The notes: generated from the letters alone by a model not told the origin. Counted from the first letter of the stretch, positions 1-9,261 are shown. The stretch is 64,000 nucleotides of DNA from Paludibacteraceae bacterium (GCA_036307765.1 JAXJWX010000091.1:10472-74471), one strand, 5' to 3'. Numbers and translations are program-made.

Positions 1-1027
1 TATGCACATGCAATGGATTTTGCTTATCAAGTTCTGGATCTAAAATCCACACACTATCTACATAAGGTGGTTCAATGGTTCTATCAATAGTATTATACAG
101 AAGATAAACCAACGAGGATTTTCTAGGGAATAATTGAATAGTTAAATTATAGTCTCTATATTCATAACATTCCTCAGACCATGCAATTCTCATGATTTGA
201 AAGTCCTTCCATATGTTTGTTTTTCTGTATAATTCAATAGATTCTACTGGTACATAAATAGTTGGCGATATACCTAAGAATGTATATCTGCTAATTGTAG
301 GTGGTTGAGTAGCATAACATACAACTTCTATGAGGTTGTTGCAATCATCGAAAGCCCATTCCCCTATTGCGGTAAGGTTCTCTGACAATGTAATAGCAGA
401 AAGCGCAGTGCACGCATTAAAAGCAGATATTCCAATTTTGGTGATACTATTTGGGATAGTAATTGTTTCTAATGATTGGCAATTGTAAAAAGCATTTTCC
501 CCTATTTCAACTACAGAATTAGGAATGGTAGTTGCCTTGCAACCAGCTATTAAAGTGTTAGGCGTAAAGTATCGATTTTGAGATGTTGTAATAATAGCAT
601 TGCAGCTTTCACGACTGTCATAATACGGATTTTCACTATCAACAATCACCGTTTTTAGATTTGGGCATCCTGCCAGTACGTTTTTATTGATAATTTTTAT
701 CGTTTTGGGGATAGTAATGGACTCTACAATAGAACTAGCTTCGTTGGTGAAAACTACAGAACCTATTCCAAATGTTTCTATACGAAATTCGCTATTTCCA
801 TTGGAAACAAATTCGGGAATAACAACATCTTTCGTACAGTCGGCTATTTCAACTAACGCTACTGCACCATATGGATACATGGTATTGGAAGGTAATATTT
901 TATACGCAAAGCCATCTATGTGGAAATCATTTACATATTCAAATTCATATGCGAAAGATGACACACTTGCCATGAGGACGAGGGTGAGAGCAAGGAGCTT
1001 GCTACGGAAGGAGTTGATTGTTTTCAT
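1..1027 (-). CDS. BspA-like leucine-rich-repeat surface protein, N-terminal part (gene runs off the window start)
   Basis: My own minus-strand translation from ATG 1025-1027 gives MKTINSFRSKLLALTLVLMASVSSFA (signal peptide). It continues with repeated ~23-aa units (IPxSVxxIGxxAFxxCxxL) typical of BspA/LRR_5 repeats. The frame is open to position 2. It is absent from the ORF track because there is no stop inside the window. Confidence 0.6.
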   Translation of the reverse strand, partial: MKTINSFRSKLLALTLVLMASVSSFAYEFEYVNDFHIDGFAYKILPSNTMYPYGAVALVEIADCTKDVVIPEFVSNGNSEFRIETFGIGSVVFTNEASSIVESITIPKTIKIINKNVLAGCPNLKTVIVDSENPYYDSRESCNAIITTSQNRYFTPNTLIAGCKATTIPNSVVEIGENAFYNCQSLETITIPNSITKIGISAFNACTALSAITLSENLTAIGEWAFDDCNNLIEVVCYATQPPTISRYTFLGISPTIYVPVESIELYRKTNIWKDFQIMRIAWSEECYEYRDYNLTIQLFPRKSSLVYLLYNTIDRTIEPPYVDSVWILDPELDKQNPLHVH

Positions 1028-1085
1028 ATCGCTATTATTTATAGGTTATACATTTGGGTTTCTTATGGTGTTTCTATGGTTATGT

Positions 1086-1135
1086 ATCGTGTATCTATCG
1101 TATATCTAACGTATATCTATCGTGTATCTAACGTA
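1086..1135. repeat. 11-bp tandem repeat, about 4.5 copies (a[ta]cgt[ga]tatct)
   Basis: Read directly: atcgtgtatct atcgtatatct aacgtatatct atcgtgtatct aacgta. It lies between the putative promoter box and the LRR gene start. Confidence 0.85.
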
Positions 1136-1166
1136 ATTGACAGCGGAGAGATATTGAATTTTGTTG

Positions 1167-1174
1167 CAAAGGTA
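1167..1174 (-). promoter_or_regulatory. Bacteroidetes -7 box (TACCTTTG on the minus strand) for the LRR gene
   Basis: caaaggta on the plus strand is the reverse complement of TAnnTTTG. It sits ~140 nt upstream of ATG 1027. Confidence 0.35.
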
Positions 1175-1305
1175 GTACAATTTGGCAATATATGCAATAG
1201 GCAAAGGCATTTGTACAGACGTCGAAAATGTATAGCGTTTATATTCTGCGAGTTATAATCGAAATGTACAGTTTTTTGATTGTAGAACAAATAATATTTA
1301 GAGCT

Positions 1306-2088
1306 TTATTTTTTCACCAAATAATACATTGCAGTTGTATAAAAGTCCGACAAATATGGAATTTGAAGGTATTGGGGTATTATACGAGGACGCAAACTGA
1401 ATTTTATCTCATAGTTGGGATTGATGAAATAATGTGTATGTTTTAATATTTGGTATTGCTCTTTGTGTAATATACTTTCGAAGCGGGAAAGACTAATACC
1501 TGTGGCTTTGATGTCTAAAAGGGCCTTGATTGTGGAAGCACTTTCTCCGCCCAATTGTAATGCCTTTTTATATAAACGATTAGGCAGCAAATGCAGCCAA
1601 GGGGTATGCGACAGCCACTTGTTGCGACATATCTGTTGGTGTCCACCGAAGGGATTGCACCATACGGGAAAGCCGAAGAAAACAACCGATTCGCTATGCA
1701 TAAAACATTTGAGCTGGTGCATAAATAGTTCTTGATTTGGTAAATGTTCTATCACATCTCTAAGTATAATCAAGTCAAAATTGCCTATTTCATTCGGTGA
1801 TACCTTATAAATATCGTTCGCTATAAGACGAAGATTTTTGTTTAGTGAGTGGTTGGCAAAAAATGCTTTGGCTTTTTCTAACTGTGCAGCATCTATATCA
1901 ATCCCGACGCAATAGCATCCTAAATCTAAGAATGGCTTTAGGTTGCCGCCTTCCCCACAACCAATCTCCAGAATGCGAAGATTGGGTTTGATACATAGCA
2001 CTTGTTCAATATACGGAATAACATACTTTTGGGTACATTCCGCTTGCTCTCGAAAGTAAATCTCTCTGTTCTTGTGTCGTATTTGCAT
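1306..2088 (-). CDS. Class I SAM-dependent methyltransferase
   Basis: The 260-aa ORF carries the motif I sequence ILEIGCGEGGN and the acidic loop GIDID. Confidence 0.7.
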   Translation of the reverse strand: MQIRHKNREIYFREQAECTQKYVIPYIEQVLCIKPNLRILEIGCGEGGNLKPFLDLGCYCVGIDIDAAQLEKAKAFFANHSLNKNLRLIANDIYKVSPNEIGNFDLIILRDVIEHLPNQELFMHQLKCFMHSESVVFFGFPVWCNPFGGHQQICRNKWLSHTPWLHLLPNRLYKKALQLGGESASTIKALLDIKATGISLSRFESILHKEQYQILKHTHYFINPNYEIKFSLRPRIIPQYLQIPYLSDFYTTAMYYLVKK

Positions 2089-2112
2089 TGTTGCAGTGTG
2101 TTAAATTCACTG

Positions 2113-2120
2113 CAAAATTA
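2113..2120 (-). promoter_or_regulatory. -7 box (TAATTTTG on the minus strand)
   Basis: caaaatta lies 25 nt upstream of ATG 2088. Confidence 0.45.
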
Positions 2121-2268
2121 TAGCAATTCTTCTACCCTCGCAATAGTAAAAGGGAATTGTACTGTTTCCTAAAATAAATGTTGTTCATTATCAGTTAACT
2201 ATCTATTAAAATGTACAGTTTCTATTTGTGCTCAATGAGCGAAATAATCGGATACAGCGAAATGAGTA

Positions 2269-3546
2269 TTACGGTTTTAAACATCCAATAGGTACCACAT
2301 ATACGCCATCTTCTCGGCGATAAGGGAAATCTCCTGTACCAGTGAGCACCATCATAAATGCAGGTGCTTTCATACGAGTAGTGTCTATTTCGCTTGCTAA
2401 ATGCAATAGCGAATCAGCTCCCTCATCAATCAATTTGTCTCCACCTAATTTGACCTCTATCAATCCGTATGACCCATTACGCAGATGTACAATGGCATCA
2501 CATTCCAATCCACTCTTGTCGCGATAATGATATACTTGCCCATCAATCGCATCTGCATATACTCTCAAATCTCGAATAACTAATGTCTCAAATAATAGTC
2601 CCATTGTCTCTAAATCATTTATTAGGTCATTGGGACTTGCGCCTAATGCCGCAGTGGCAATACTGGGGTCAATAAAATAGCGATTATCACTGGTGCGTAC
2701 AGCAGTTTTGCTGCGCAAGTTAGGATTCCACGCTGGCATATCTTCGATAACAAATATCTGCTTCAATGCTTTGATGTAGTCATACACCGTATTATCTGAA
2801 AGCGTGCTTGTTTCGTTAGTCTTTAGGTCTGCTAATATAGTGCCAACCGTTGCCATTGTACCTTGATGGCGTGCATAGGACCGCATTAGCAGTCGAACAC
2901 GTTGTGGATTGCGCGTTACATTGTCCACACGTGAGATGTCCGAATCGCAGACTACATCATAGTAGTCGAATGCTTGTGCCAATGCGTCCTGCTCATCCAT
3001 TTCTAATGCACTTGGCCATCCTCCGCGGCAAATCAAATATGCCAAACGGTCTATGTCTAACTTGTTATCTCCAGATAAAGGTGAAGGATCTTGGGTGAAT
3101 AACGAAGCTAGACTCACATCGCCAGTAGAGTCACCTGATTCGTAAAGCGACATGGTGCGCATTCGTAATTTAGCAAAGCGACCTGTACCCGAATGGAATA
3201 TTTCTTCAGTAGAGGGAGGAACACTACTTCCTGTAAGAATAAAATGCCCTAATCCCTCTCTGTGATCTACTTCATAACGGACACTATCCCAAAGAGATGG
3301 GGCTATTTGCCATTCATCAATCAGTCGTGGTGTTTCGCCAGCGAGTAAGTGCTGAACATTGATTTTTGCTGCTTGTAGGTTTTGCTGCTTACGCATAGGG
3401 TCAGCCATATAGAGAATACTATTGGCTTGTTGCTCTGCGGTAGTTGTTTTTCCGCACCATTTAGGACCTTCTATCAAAACAGCCCCTTTTCTACGTAATC
3501 TTGCCTCCAACATTTGGTCAGCGATTCTTGGTTTGTATGTACTCAT
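2269..3546 (-). CDS. Orphan AAA-type ATP-binding protein (AAA_14 + DUF4143-like architecture)
   Basis: Walker A GPKWCGKTT is present, and the C-terminal region resembles DUF4143 proteins. I moved the start to MSTYKP (ATG 3544-3546) because the track start overlaps the -7 box. Confidence 0.65.
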   Translation of the reverse strand: MSTYKPRIADQMLEARLRRKGAVLIEGPKWCGKTTTAEQQANSILYMADPMRKQQNLQAAKINVQHLLAGETPRLIDEWQIAPSLWDSVRYEVDHREGLGHFILTGSSVPPSTEEIFHSGTGRFAKLRMRTMSLYESGDSTGDVSLASLFTQDPSPLSGDNKLDIDRLAYLICRGGWPSALEMDEQDALAQAFDYYDVVCDSDISRVDNVTRNPQRVRLLMRSYARHQGTMATVGTILADLKTNETSTLSDNTVYDYIKALKQIFVIEDMPAWNPNLRSKTAVRTSDNRYFIDPSIATAALGASPNDLINDLETMGLLFETLVIRDLRVYADAIDGQVYHYRDKSGLECDAIVHLRNGSYGLIEVKLGGDKLIDEGADSLLHLASEIDTTRMKAPAFMMVLTGTGDFPYRREDGVYVVPIGCLKP

Positions 3547-3570
3547 AATACACGTTTTTGAAATTCGCTG

Positions 3571-3578
3571 CAAAGGTA
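3571..3578 (-). promoter_or_regulatory. -7 box (TACCTTTG on the minus strand)
   Basis: caaaggta lies 25 nt upstream of ATG 3546. A TTTG lies at about -33. Confidence 0.5.
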
Positions 3579-3617
3579 ATGAAAATTAATTAATTATGCA
3601 AATTTTATTTGTACTAT

Positions 3618-3708
3618 TTGGGAAGTTGGCACGATTTTACTTGGGAAGTTGGCACGATTTTATTTGGGAAGTTGGCACAATTTTACTTGGGAAGTTGGCG
3701 CAAATCAT
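3618..3708. repeat. 23-bp tandem repeat x4 (ttgggaagttggcacgatttta[ct])
   Basis: Read directly: three near-perfect copies plus a degenerate fourth. It lies just upstream of the ATPase promoter and overlaps the 3' end of the neighbouring gene. Confidence 0.9.
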
Positions 3709-5095
3709 ATAGGTGTTTCTGCAGTTCTCGGGTGGGAATGCCTATCTTCTGTGCGATGCGGCGTTTGAAAGTGCTGACGCCTGTAGCGGAGTAGTGCATC
3801 CAATCAGCCAGATCCTCCAGCGAGGCGTTGGGATAAAGGAGCATATAGGTGCAGAAGACATTTTCGCGGTTGGAGAGTTGGTAGGTCTCCAGTTGAGATA
3901 GCCAGTCGTGGAGTTGGAGTTCTAAGTCTTTTTTGAGTTCGTTGTAGTCGTTCCACTGTTTGCGAGGGCGTGGGTAGGTAGCACGGATATTGGAGAGCTG
4001 GGCGCTGATAGATAGGTCTTCTATCTGATGATGTGCCACTTGCAAGCGGCGAGCAGCATATCGGCGGTGCAGCACGATAGCAATGACCAATAGCAGGCAA
4101 GCCACAAGAAGGCATAGGAGCGTGATCCAAGCCCAGCGGTATGGATGGGGATTTGCCAGATGCTCTTTCAGCAGCGTGAGCGCACCGCGGTATTTGCCGA
4201 CTTGTGCGTTGAGCAGACGGTTGGCATCTTGGCGCGCATGGGCATAACGGCTCAGCTGTTCAATATCGTTGTTGGCTTTGGCATCCTGCATGAGGCAGTA
4301 GTAGGCATTGACCAGTTCGTTAGGCGTAGCGGAATGTTCCACAATAATCTGTGCGTAAGGCAATGCCGATGCTTGATCGCCCATGTCAAGATAGACTTGC
4401 ATGAGTTTCTTATAGGTATAGAGGCGGTCTTCTTCGTATTGCCAGAGGTGTAAAGCTTGATGGAAATAGTAGAGGGCAGAGTCGTATTGGAGTTGCTCGT
4501 AGAAATAGAGCCCTTGGGTCTCGTAGTAGCGCGCGAGGTAGTAGGCGTCTAAGTTGTAGGATTGTGCGATGCGGAGCACGCTATCTGCCTGAGCGAAGTG
4601 GTGGAGGTAGGTATGGAACTCGCTGACATCTAATAGGGTGTGCGCATAGTACCAGTCTTTGCCACTGGCTTTGAATGCCTCGTTGGCACGGAGGAAGAAG
4701 ATGAGGGCAAGACTGTCACTCTCGTTTTGTTTGGCTATATGCGCCAAGCAGGAATTGATACGCCCGCGATAAATAGGATCGCATATCTGCGCGCGGTCGG
4801 CAGCGATATAATGCACAGCTGCTTGGGTTATTTGGTCTGCAAGACTGAGATGGCGACCCATGTAGTAGTGGGCTTTGCCGAGTTGGTCGTGTGCAAAGAG
4901 ACGACCGAAGGGGTTATCGAGTGTGCGGATGACTTGCTGAAGCGCTGCGGTGTCGTCATAGAGGGTGTGCTCGTTTTGGTCTAAGCTATCTGCGATGGCG
5001 ATAGTGTGCATGGCTTCTTGGTAGCGTGTGGTATAGCTGCATGAAGCAAAGAGTAAGCAGAGGAGCAGATATGTGAGATGACGTGTTGGCGACAT
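3683..5095 (-). CDS. Lipoprotein/membrane protein with TPR-like helical repeats, one internal TM helix and a C-terminal LuxR-like HTH
   Basis: The start is taken at MSPTRHLTYLLLCLLFASCSY (lipobox). There is a hydrophobic helix WAWITLLCLLVACLLLVIAIVL. The C-terminus QLSNRE...GVSTFKRRIAQKIGI resembles a GerE/LuxR HTH. Confidence 0.4.
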   Translation of the reverse strand: MSPTRHLTYLLLCLLFASCSYTTRYQEAMHTIAIADSLDQNEHTLYDDTAALQQVIRTLDNPFGRLFAHDQLGKAHYYMGRHLSLADQITQAAVHYIAADRAQICDPIYRGRINSCLAHIAKQNESDSLALIFFLRANEAFKASGKDWYYAHTLLDVSEFHTYLHHFAQADSVLRIAQSYNLDAYYLARYYETQGLYFYEQLQYDSALYYFHQALHLWQYEEDRLYTYKKLMQVYLDMGDQASALPYAQIIVEHSATPNELVNAYYCLMQDAKANNDIEQLSRYAHARQDANRLLNAQVGKYRGALTLLKEHLANPHPYRWAWITLLCLLVACLLLVIAIVLHRRYAARRLQVAHHQIEDLSISAQLSNIRATYPRPRKQWNDYNELKKDLELQLHDWLSQLETYQLSNRENVFCTYMLLYPNASLEDLADWMHYSATGVSTFKRRIAQKIGIPTRELQKHLYDLRQLPK

Positions 5096-5117
5096 AAGGC
5101 ATTTAGTGATTTTGCAT

Positions 5118-5125
5118 GCAAAGGT
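5118..5125 (-). promoter_or_regulatory. -7 box (TACCTTTG on the minus strand)
   Basis: caaaggta lies 23 nt upstream of ATG 5095. Confidence 0.5.
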
Positions 5126-5269
5126 AGTAAAAATATTTGAAACTATCAAGTGAACGACAAGAATTATTTAAATCAACAACATAAACAACATTATTTTTTC
5201 AACAACTTTCGCGCCAATCAACTTCCTGGCGCGACAAGGACAATAACGCATGGTGTCAACTGATATATA

Positions 5270-5312
5270 AATAGCAAAAACAAAATCACCTGTACCGTGG
5301 GGCACAGGTGAT
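5270..5312 (-). terminator. Rho-independent terminator of the exbB-exbD operon
   Basis: The hairpin atcacctgt.../...acaggtgat (5285-5312) is followed on the minus strand by a U-rich run (TTTTGTTTTTG). Confidence 0.6.
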
Positions 5313-5335
5313 TGTTGTTGATATCAATCTATGGA

Positions 5336-5806
5336 TTAGTAGGATGTGCGTTGGGTAGCAGCATAGCTGATCTTCAGTGCATATGCACGGCGAAGCTCTT
5401 GCTTGATGTCTGCGATGATACCCATCTTTGTTTCCTTGTCTGCTTTGATAGACACGGTCATAAGACCTTGGTCAGACTCTTTCATAGAAGAACGCTCGTT
5501 GATGATATAATCACCAATTTCGCGTGCGTCAGCGAAAGCGTCGTCCAATTGGATACGTGTCTCAGCACCGTATTGCTTGCGGAACTCAGCAGTAGGAGTA
5601 CCTACATAGATGTAACGAACCAATGATTTTTTCTCCAATTTAGTCAACTCTGTTGCTTGTGGGTTCTGGATAGAAACCTTGTATGTAACCTCCTTCATAG
5701 AGGTAACAGACATGAAGAAGAAAAGCAACATGAAGATGATATCTGGCAATGAACTGGTGTTCAAAGCAGGCATCTCGCGTTTATCGCTTCTACGAATTTT
5801 TGCCAT
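5336..5806 (-). CDS. exbD: Biopolymer transport protein ExbD/TolR
   Basis: 156 aa with an N-terminal TM helix (LPDIIFMLLFFFM). It sits in an ExbB-ExbD operon context. Confidence 0.8.
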   Translation of the reverse strand: MAKIRRSDKREMPALNTSSLPDIIFMLLFFFMSVTSMKEVTYKVSIQNPQATELTKLEKKSLVRYIYVGTPTAEFRKQYGAETRIQLDDAFADAREIGDYIINERSSMKESDQGLMTVSIKADKETKMGIIADIKQELRRAYALKISYAATQRTSY

Positions 5807-5808
5807 AA

Positions 5809-6390
5809 TTACTTTCCTCCATAATTTTTAGGTTCAGCCTCAGAAATCTTTTGAGGATAAATCTTTTGGATTTTCTTTTGCCACTCTTCATCCAACTCTG
5901 TATAAGCAGTATGGAAGTATTTTTGAGCACATTCCTCACGCAACTCGTTGTATGCTGCCACCAATTCGTTCTGCACCTCCAAATATGCTTGGTATTGTGT
6001 CTCTGCATCATTTTGTACAGAAATCACGTGCTCCTTTGTATATTTGAGAGTACCAAATGGCTCACCAAAGTCCTCCTCGAAGAGTTTAGGCATGTTTGGA
6101 TCGTCATTGATATTTGCAACGAACTCCTTGGCTTTAGCGCGCAGTTGACGTACATCGAGTTCTTGACCTTGCACGAGGAGTTTGTTCTCCCAGTTGATCT
6201 TCACAACAAACAAGTTACGTTTGTTGATATCGGTGTCCTCGATCTTTTGGTCTGGTGGAATAGGTGCAGGCAAACGACGTGCGAGACCTTGATTCACATC
6301 CATAGAGGTGGTCACCAAGAAGAAGATGAGCAGCAAGAACGAGATGTCTGCCATGGAACTGGCGTTTATCTGCGGGATTTTCTTTGCCAT
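5809..6390 (-). CDS. exbD: Biopolymer transport protein ExbD/TolR (second copy)
   Basis: 193 aa. The MADISFLLLIFFLVTTS anchor is typical of ExbD. Confidence 0.8.
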   Translation of the reverse strand: MAKKIPQINASSMADISFLLLIFFLVTTSMDVNQGLARRLPAPIPPDQKIEDTDINKRNLFVVKINWENKLLVQGQELDVRQLRAKAKEFVANINDDPNMPKLFEEDFGEPFGTLKYTKEHVISVQNDAETQYQAYLEVQNELVAAYNELREECAQKYFHTAYTELDEEWQKKIQKIYPQKISEAEPKNYGGK

Positions 6391-6443
6391 AATCTTAATT
6401 TACAATTAGACAATTTACAATTTGTATATAGTAAATGTCTTAA

Positions 6444-6920
6444 TTACTTTTTAATTTTAGTATAAACAACACCCCAAATCAAAGCTGCTACAGTAGAAGC
6501 TGTAAGGATGTAAACAAGATACATAATAGCATCGCTCAGGCGTGCCATGTTACCTACGTTATCGGTACCTTCGTAACCAAGGATCTCAATCTTCTCAGGG
6601 CTACCCAAGAACCAGCAGAGAGCACAGAGAGCCACAGCAGCGAGCACAACTAAAACAGAGGTCAAACCACGCTTAGGATCCACCTTGAAAGTCTCAACAA
6701 GCTTAGCAATAACGAAGCCGAAAGTAGCAAGGATAACAAGAACTACGAGCGCATAAATCCAATAGAGGAGTACGTTGGTGAACTTAGGGATATCCAAGAA
6801 GTCACCAGCCACCTCCAACGAACCTTCAGAGCCTCCGAGGAAGAACATCGCAGTAGCGATGATACCTACCACCATGAGTACCCAGAGGGTTACTTTTGGG
6901 AATAATTTATAATTCTTCAT
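6444..6920 (-). CDS. Small integral membrane protein within the exbBD operon
   Basis: 158 aa with four predicted TM helices. There is no recognisable catalytic motif. Confidence 0.5.
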   Translation of the reverse strand: MKNYKLFPKVTLWVLMVVGIIATAMFFLGGSEGSLEVAGDFLDIPKFTNVLLYWIYALVVLVILATFGFVIAKLVETFKVDPKRGLTSVLVVLAAVALCALCWFLGSPEKIEILGYEGTDNVGNMARLSDAIMYLVYILTASTVAALIWGVVYTKIKK

Positions 6921-6976
6921 AATAATCTATAATTTTGCAAGTTTAACAATAAGAGTTCTGCACAATGCAAAATAGA

Positions 6977-7801
6977 TTATTTCTTTTGTGCTGCGTCGTA
7001 TTCAACCACGAGGTCGAGGAGGCTGATAGAGCTATCCTCCATCTCATTAACGAGACCCTCGATCAAGCTAAGGATGTAGTTGTAGAATACTTGAAGAATA
7101 ATAGCGATGATCAAACCGAGGAGGGTTGTCAACAGAGCGACCTTGATACCACCAGCCACAACGGTAGCAGAGATATCACCTACTTGTTGGATCTTATCGA
7201 ACGCTTGGATCATACCGATAATGGTACCCAAGAATCCCAAAGATGGAGCGATAGAGATGAAGAGAGAAATCCAAGAGAGGTTCTTCTCAAGAAGACCGAG
7301 TTGAACACCACCATAAGAAGCTACAGTTTTCTCAACTACATCAACGCCCTCGTTGTAGCGGCTCAAACCTTGATAGAAGATACTAGCTACAGGACCACGA
7401 GTGTTGCGGCAAACCTCCAAAGCAGCCTCGATACCACCGTTCTTCAAAGCAGCCTCAACCTCAGCCAAAAGAGCCTTGGTGTTAGTTTTGCTCAAGCTCA
7501 AATAGATGATACGCTCGATACAAAGTGCCAAACCAAATACCAAACAGATAAGGGTTGCAGCCATGAAGCCAGCACCACCTTCGATAAATTTGGTTTTGAG
7601 AGTCTTGTGGAGAGCTACGATACCGCCCTCAGCCTCTTCTACTACTTCTTCTGCCTCAACTACAGGAGCTTCTACAGCAGCAGAATCTACAGTTACTTCC
7701 TCAGCTACAGGAGCAGCCTCAGCTGCGTCTTGAGCCATTACTGCAACGCTTCCGAAAGAAAACATTGCCAACACCGTAAGGGTTGCAAAAATTTTTTTCA
7801 T
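6977..7801 (-). CDS. exbB: MotA/TolQ/ExbB proton-channel protein
   Basis: 274 aa with a signal peptide, an acidic A/E/V-rich linker, and a conserved C-terminal channel region (GFLGTIIGMIQAF). Confidence 0.85.
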   Translation of the reverse strand: MKKIFATLTVLAMFSFGSVAVMAQDAAEAAPVAEEVTVDSAAVEAPVVEAEEVVEEAEGGIVALHKTLKTKFIEGGAGFMAATLICLVFGLALCIERIIYLSLSKTNTKALLAEVEAALKNGGIEAALEVCRNTRGPVASIFYQGLSRYNEGVDVVEKTVASYGGVQLGLLEKNLSWISLFISIAPSLGFLGTIIGMIQAFDKIQQVGDISATVVAGGIKVALLTTLLGLIIAIILQVFYNYILSLIEGLVNEMEDSSISLLDLVVEYDAAQKK

Positions 7802-8039
7802 ACGATTTTGTTTTTAGTATTAAATTGTTTATAATTATTTAATTCGCTTTCGCTCATGTTGGTGGCTCGCGTTGCGAGCGTTGGACTTGTCGAAAAGAGG
7901 GGATTTCTTATCTCGGCGTTGCCTCGAACGATTTTTTCTTCGTAATCCCAACAAGCTGCCGCTGGAGGGGATTCGAGGGCACCGACCTCGCTTCGCTCGC
8001 CCACCTCGAATACCCACAGTCTGCCGACGGCATCCTGTG

Positions 8040-8101
8040 CAAAACTCTTTTCATCGTCTTCGCTCAAGCGAGCTTGGACTCAACCGTTGAAAAGAGTTTT
8101 G
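8040..8101 (-). terminator. 14-bp inverted repeat directly after the tRNA-Ser(GGA) 3' end (terminator or processing hairpin)
   Basis: caaaactcttttca (8040-8053) pairs with tgaaaagagttttg (8088-8101). No U-run follows. Confidence 0.3.
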
Positions 8102-8189
8102 CGGAGAGAGGGGGATTCGAACCCCCGAAACCCTTTTGGAGTTTACACGCTTTCCAGGCGTGCCTCTTCAACCACTCGAGCATCTCTCC
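8102..8189 (-). tRNA. tRNA-Ser (anticodon GGA)
   Basis: Folded by hand: acceptor GGAGAGA/TCTCTCC, anticodon stem CACGC/GCGTG with loop CTGGAAA, a long variable arm, and T arm GGGGG-TTCGAAT-CCCCC. CCA is not encoded. Confidence 0.9.
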
Positions 8190-8452
8190 TTCGTCGCAAC
8201 TGGCTTGCAAGAAGAAACTCGCCCTGCGAGTTTGGCTTGCCGCCGTTGCTCCTCTTAACTCGGGCTCGCGAAGCCCTCGTTATCTTTTCAAGATTAACGC
8301 CTTGCGCTTGTCGCTATAGGTTCAGCGACCAGTTATATAACCACGCTTTTAGACGCAATACACCTTTCGACCCGCAAAGGTACAAAAATATTTACAAATT
8401 ACAAAATTTACAATGTACAATTTGCGTTTTTTTTGTTATTTTCCTTAATTTT

Positions 8453-9259
8453 TCACAAATTTATAACAAAAAGCTCCTTTGCATTGGCAGTTGTCACCTC
8501 ATTTATGTACTCAGGAGAACAATTATACACCTGCGCCAAGCGTTCCGCCACATATCGCATCCAACGGCTCTCATTCCGCTTACCGCGATGAGGAACAGGT
8601 GCCATATAAGGTGCATCCGTCTCCAATACCAAACGCTCCAACGGAATCCCCACCAAATGTTCTGCCAATTTGCAATTCTTGAAAGTAATCACCCCACCAA
8701 TGCCCAAGTAATAACCCATTTTCACAACCTGCTCCGCCACCTCATGACTACCACTGAAGCAATGCATTACTCCCTTCACATTAGGGAACTCACGCAGTAT
8801 CTTCAGCGTATCCTCTACCGCATCGCGGCTGTGAATCATCACAGGCAAATGATACTGCTCCGCCCAACGCATCTGTTCGCGCAAAGCCTCTTGTTGCTGC
8901 TCTTTGAAGGTTGTATCCCAGTGATAATCAAGACCTATCTCGCCGATGGCGATGAGGCGACTGCGTCGCGGTGTAGGGTGTAGGGTGTAGGGTGTAGAGG
9001 CAAGACGTTCATCCACAGCAGCTTTGAGTGTTTGGAGTTGTTCTTGCCAGTCTTCTTTGACATTCTCGGGGTGGAGGCCTAAGGCAGGGAAGAGATAGTC
9101 AGGGTAGCGGTCGCAGACCTCCAAAACATCTTTGATGGAAGTCTTATCCACTCCAGGTACTAAGATACATTCTACGCCGTCTTGGCGTTGCTCCGCCAAG
9201 AAAGCGTCTAATCCTTCCGCATACTGCGGGTCGTCGATATGGCAGTGGGTATCGATCAT
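8453..9259 (-). CDS. TatD-family metal-dependent hydrolase
   Basis: 268 aa with N-terminal MIDTHCHID and the IGEIGLDY motif. Confidence 0.85.
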   Translation of the reverse strand: MIDTHCHIDDPQYAEGLDAFLAEQRQDGVECILVPGVDKTSIKDVLEVCDRYPDYLFPALGLHPENVKEDWQEQLQTLKAAVDERLASTPYTLHPTPRRSRLIAIGEIGLDYHWDTTFKEQQQEALREQMRWAEQYHLPVMIHSRDAVEDTLKILREFPNVKGVMHCFSGSHEVAEQVVKMGYYLGIGGVITFKNCKLAEHLVGIPLERLVLETDAPYMAPVPHRGKRNESRWMRYVAERLAQVYNCSPEYINEVTTANAKELFVINL

Positions 9260-9261
9260 TG

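Noticed and set aside
687-1446. Plus-strand ORFs 687-1109, 1076-1258 and 1228-1446 from the track
   Set aside because: The first is antisense to the clearly repeat-structured LRR gene. The others lie in the repeat and promoter region. All have low-complexity hydrophobic translations and no motifs.
3628-3650. TGGCAC within the 23-bp tandem repeat as a possible sigma-54 -24 element
   Set aside because: There is no TTGC at the required spacing. It is on the strand opposite to both neighbouring genes. It is simply repeated as part of the tandem unit.
7955-7990. Degenerate copy of the tRNA-Ser(GGA) T-arm region (ggaggggattcgagggcaccgacc) downstream of that tRNA, possibly an old att scar
   Set aside because: The match is short and imperfect by eye, and there is no integrase or island next to it. 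It cannot be separated from chance GC-rich similarity without a search.
7798-8983. ORFs 7798-8067, 7835-8017, 7872-8090, 8074-8319 and 8087-8983
   Set aside because: They run through tRNA-Ser(GGA), its flanking GC-rich spacers and the antisense strand of the tatD-family gene. They are Arg/Pro/Ser-rich shadow frames.
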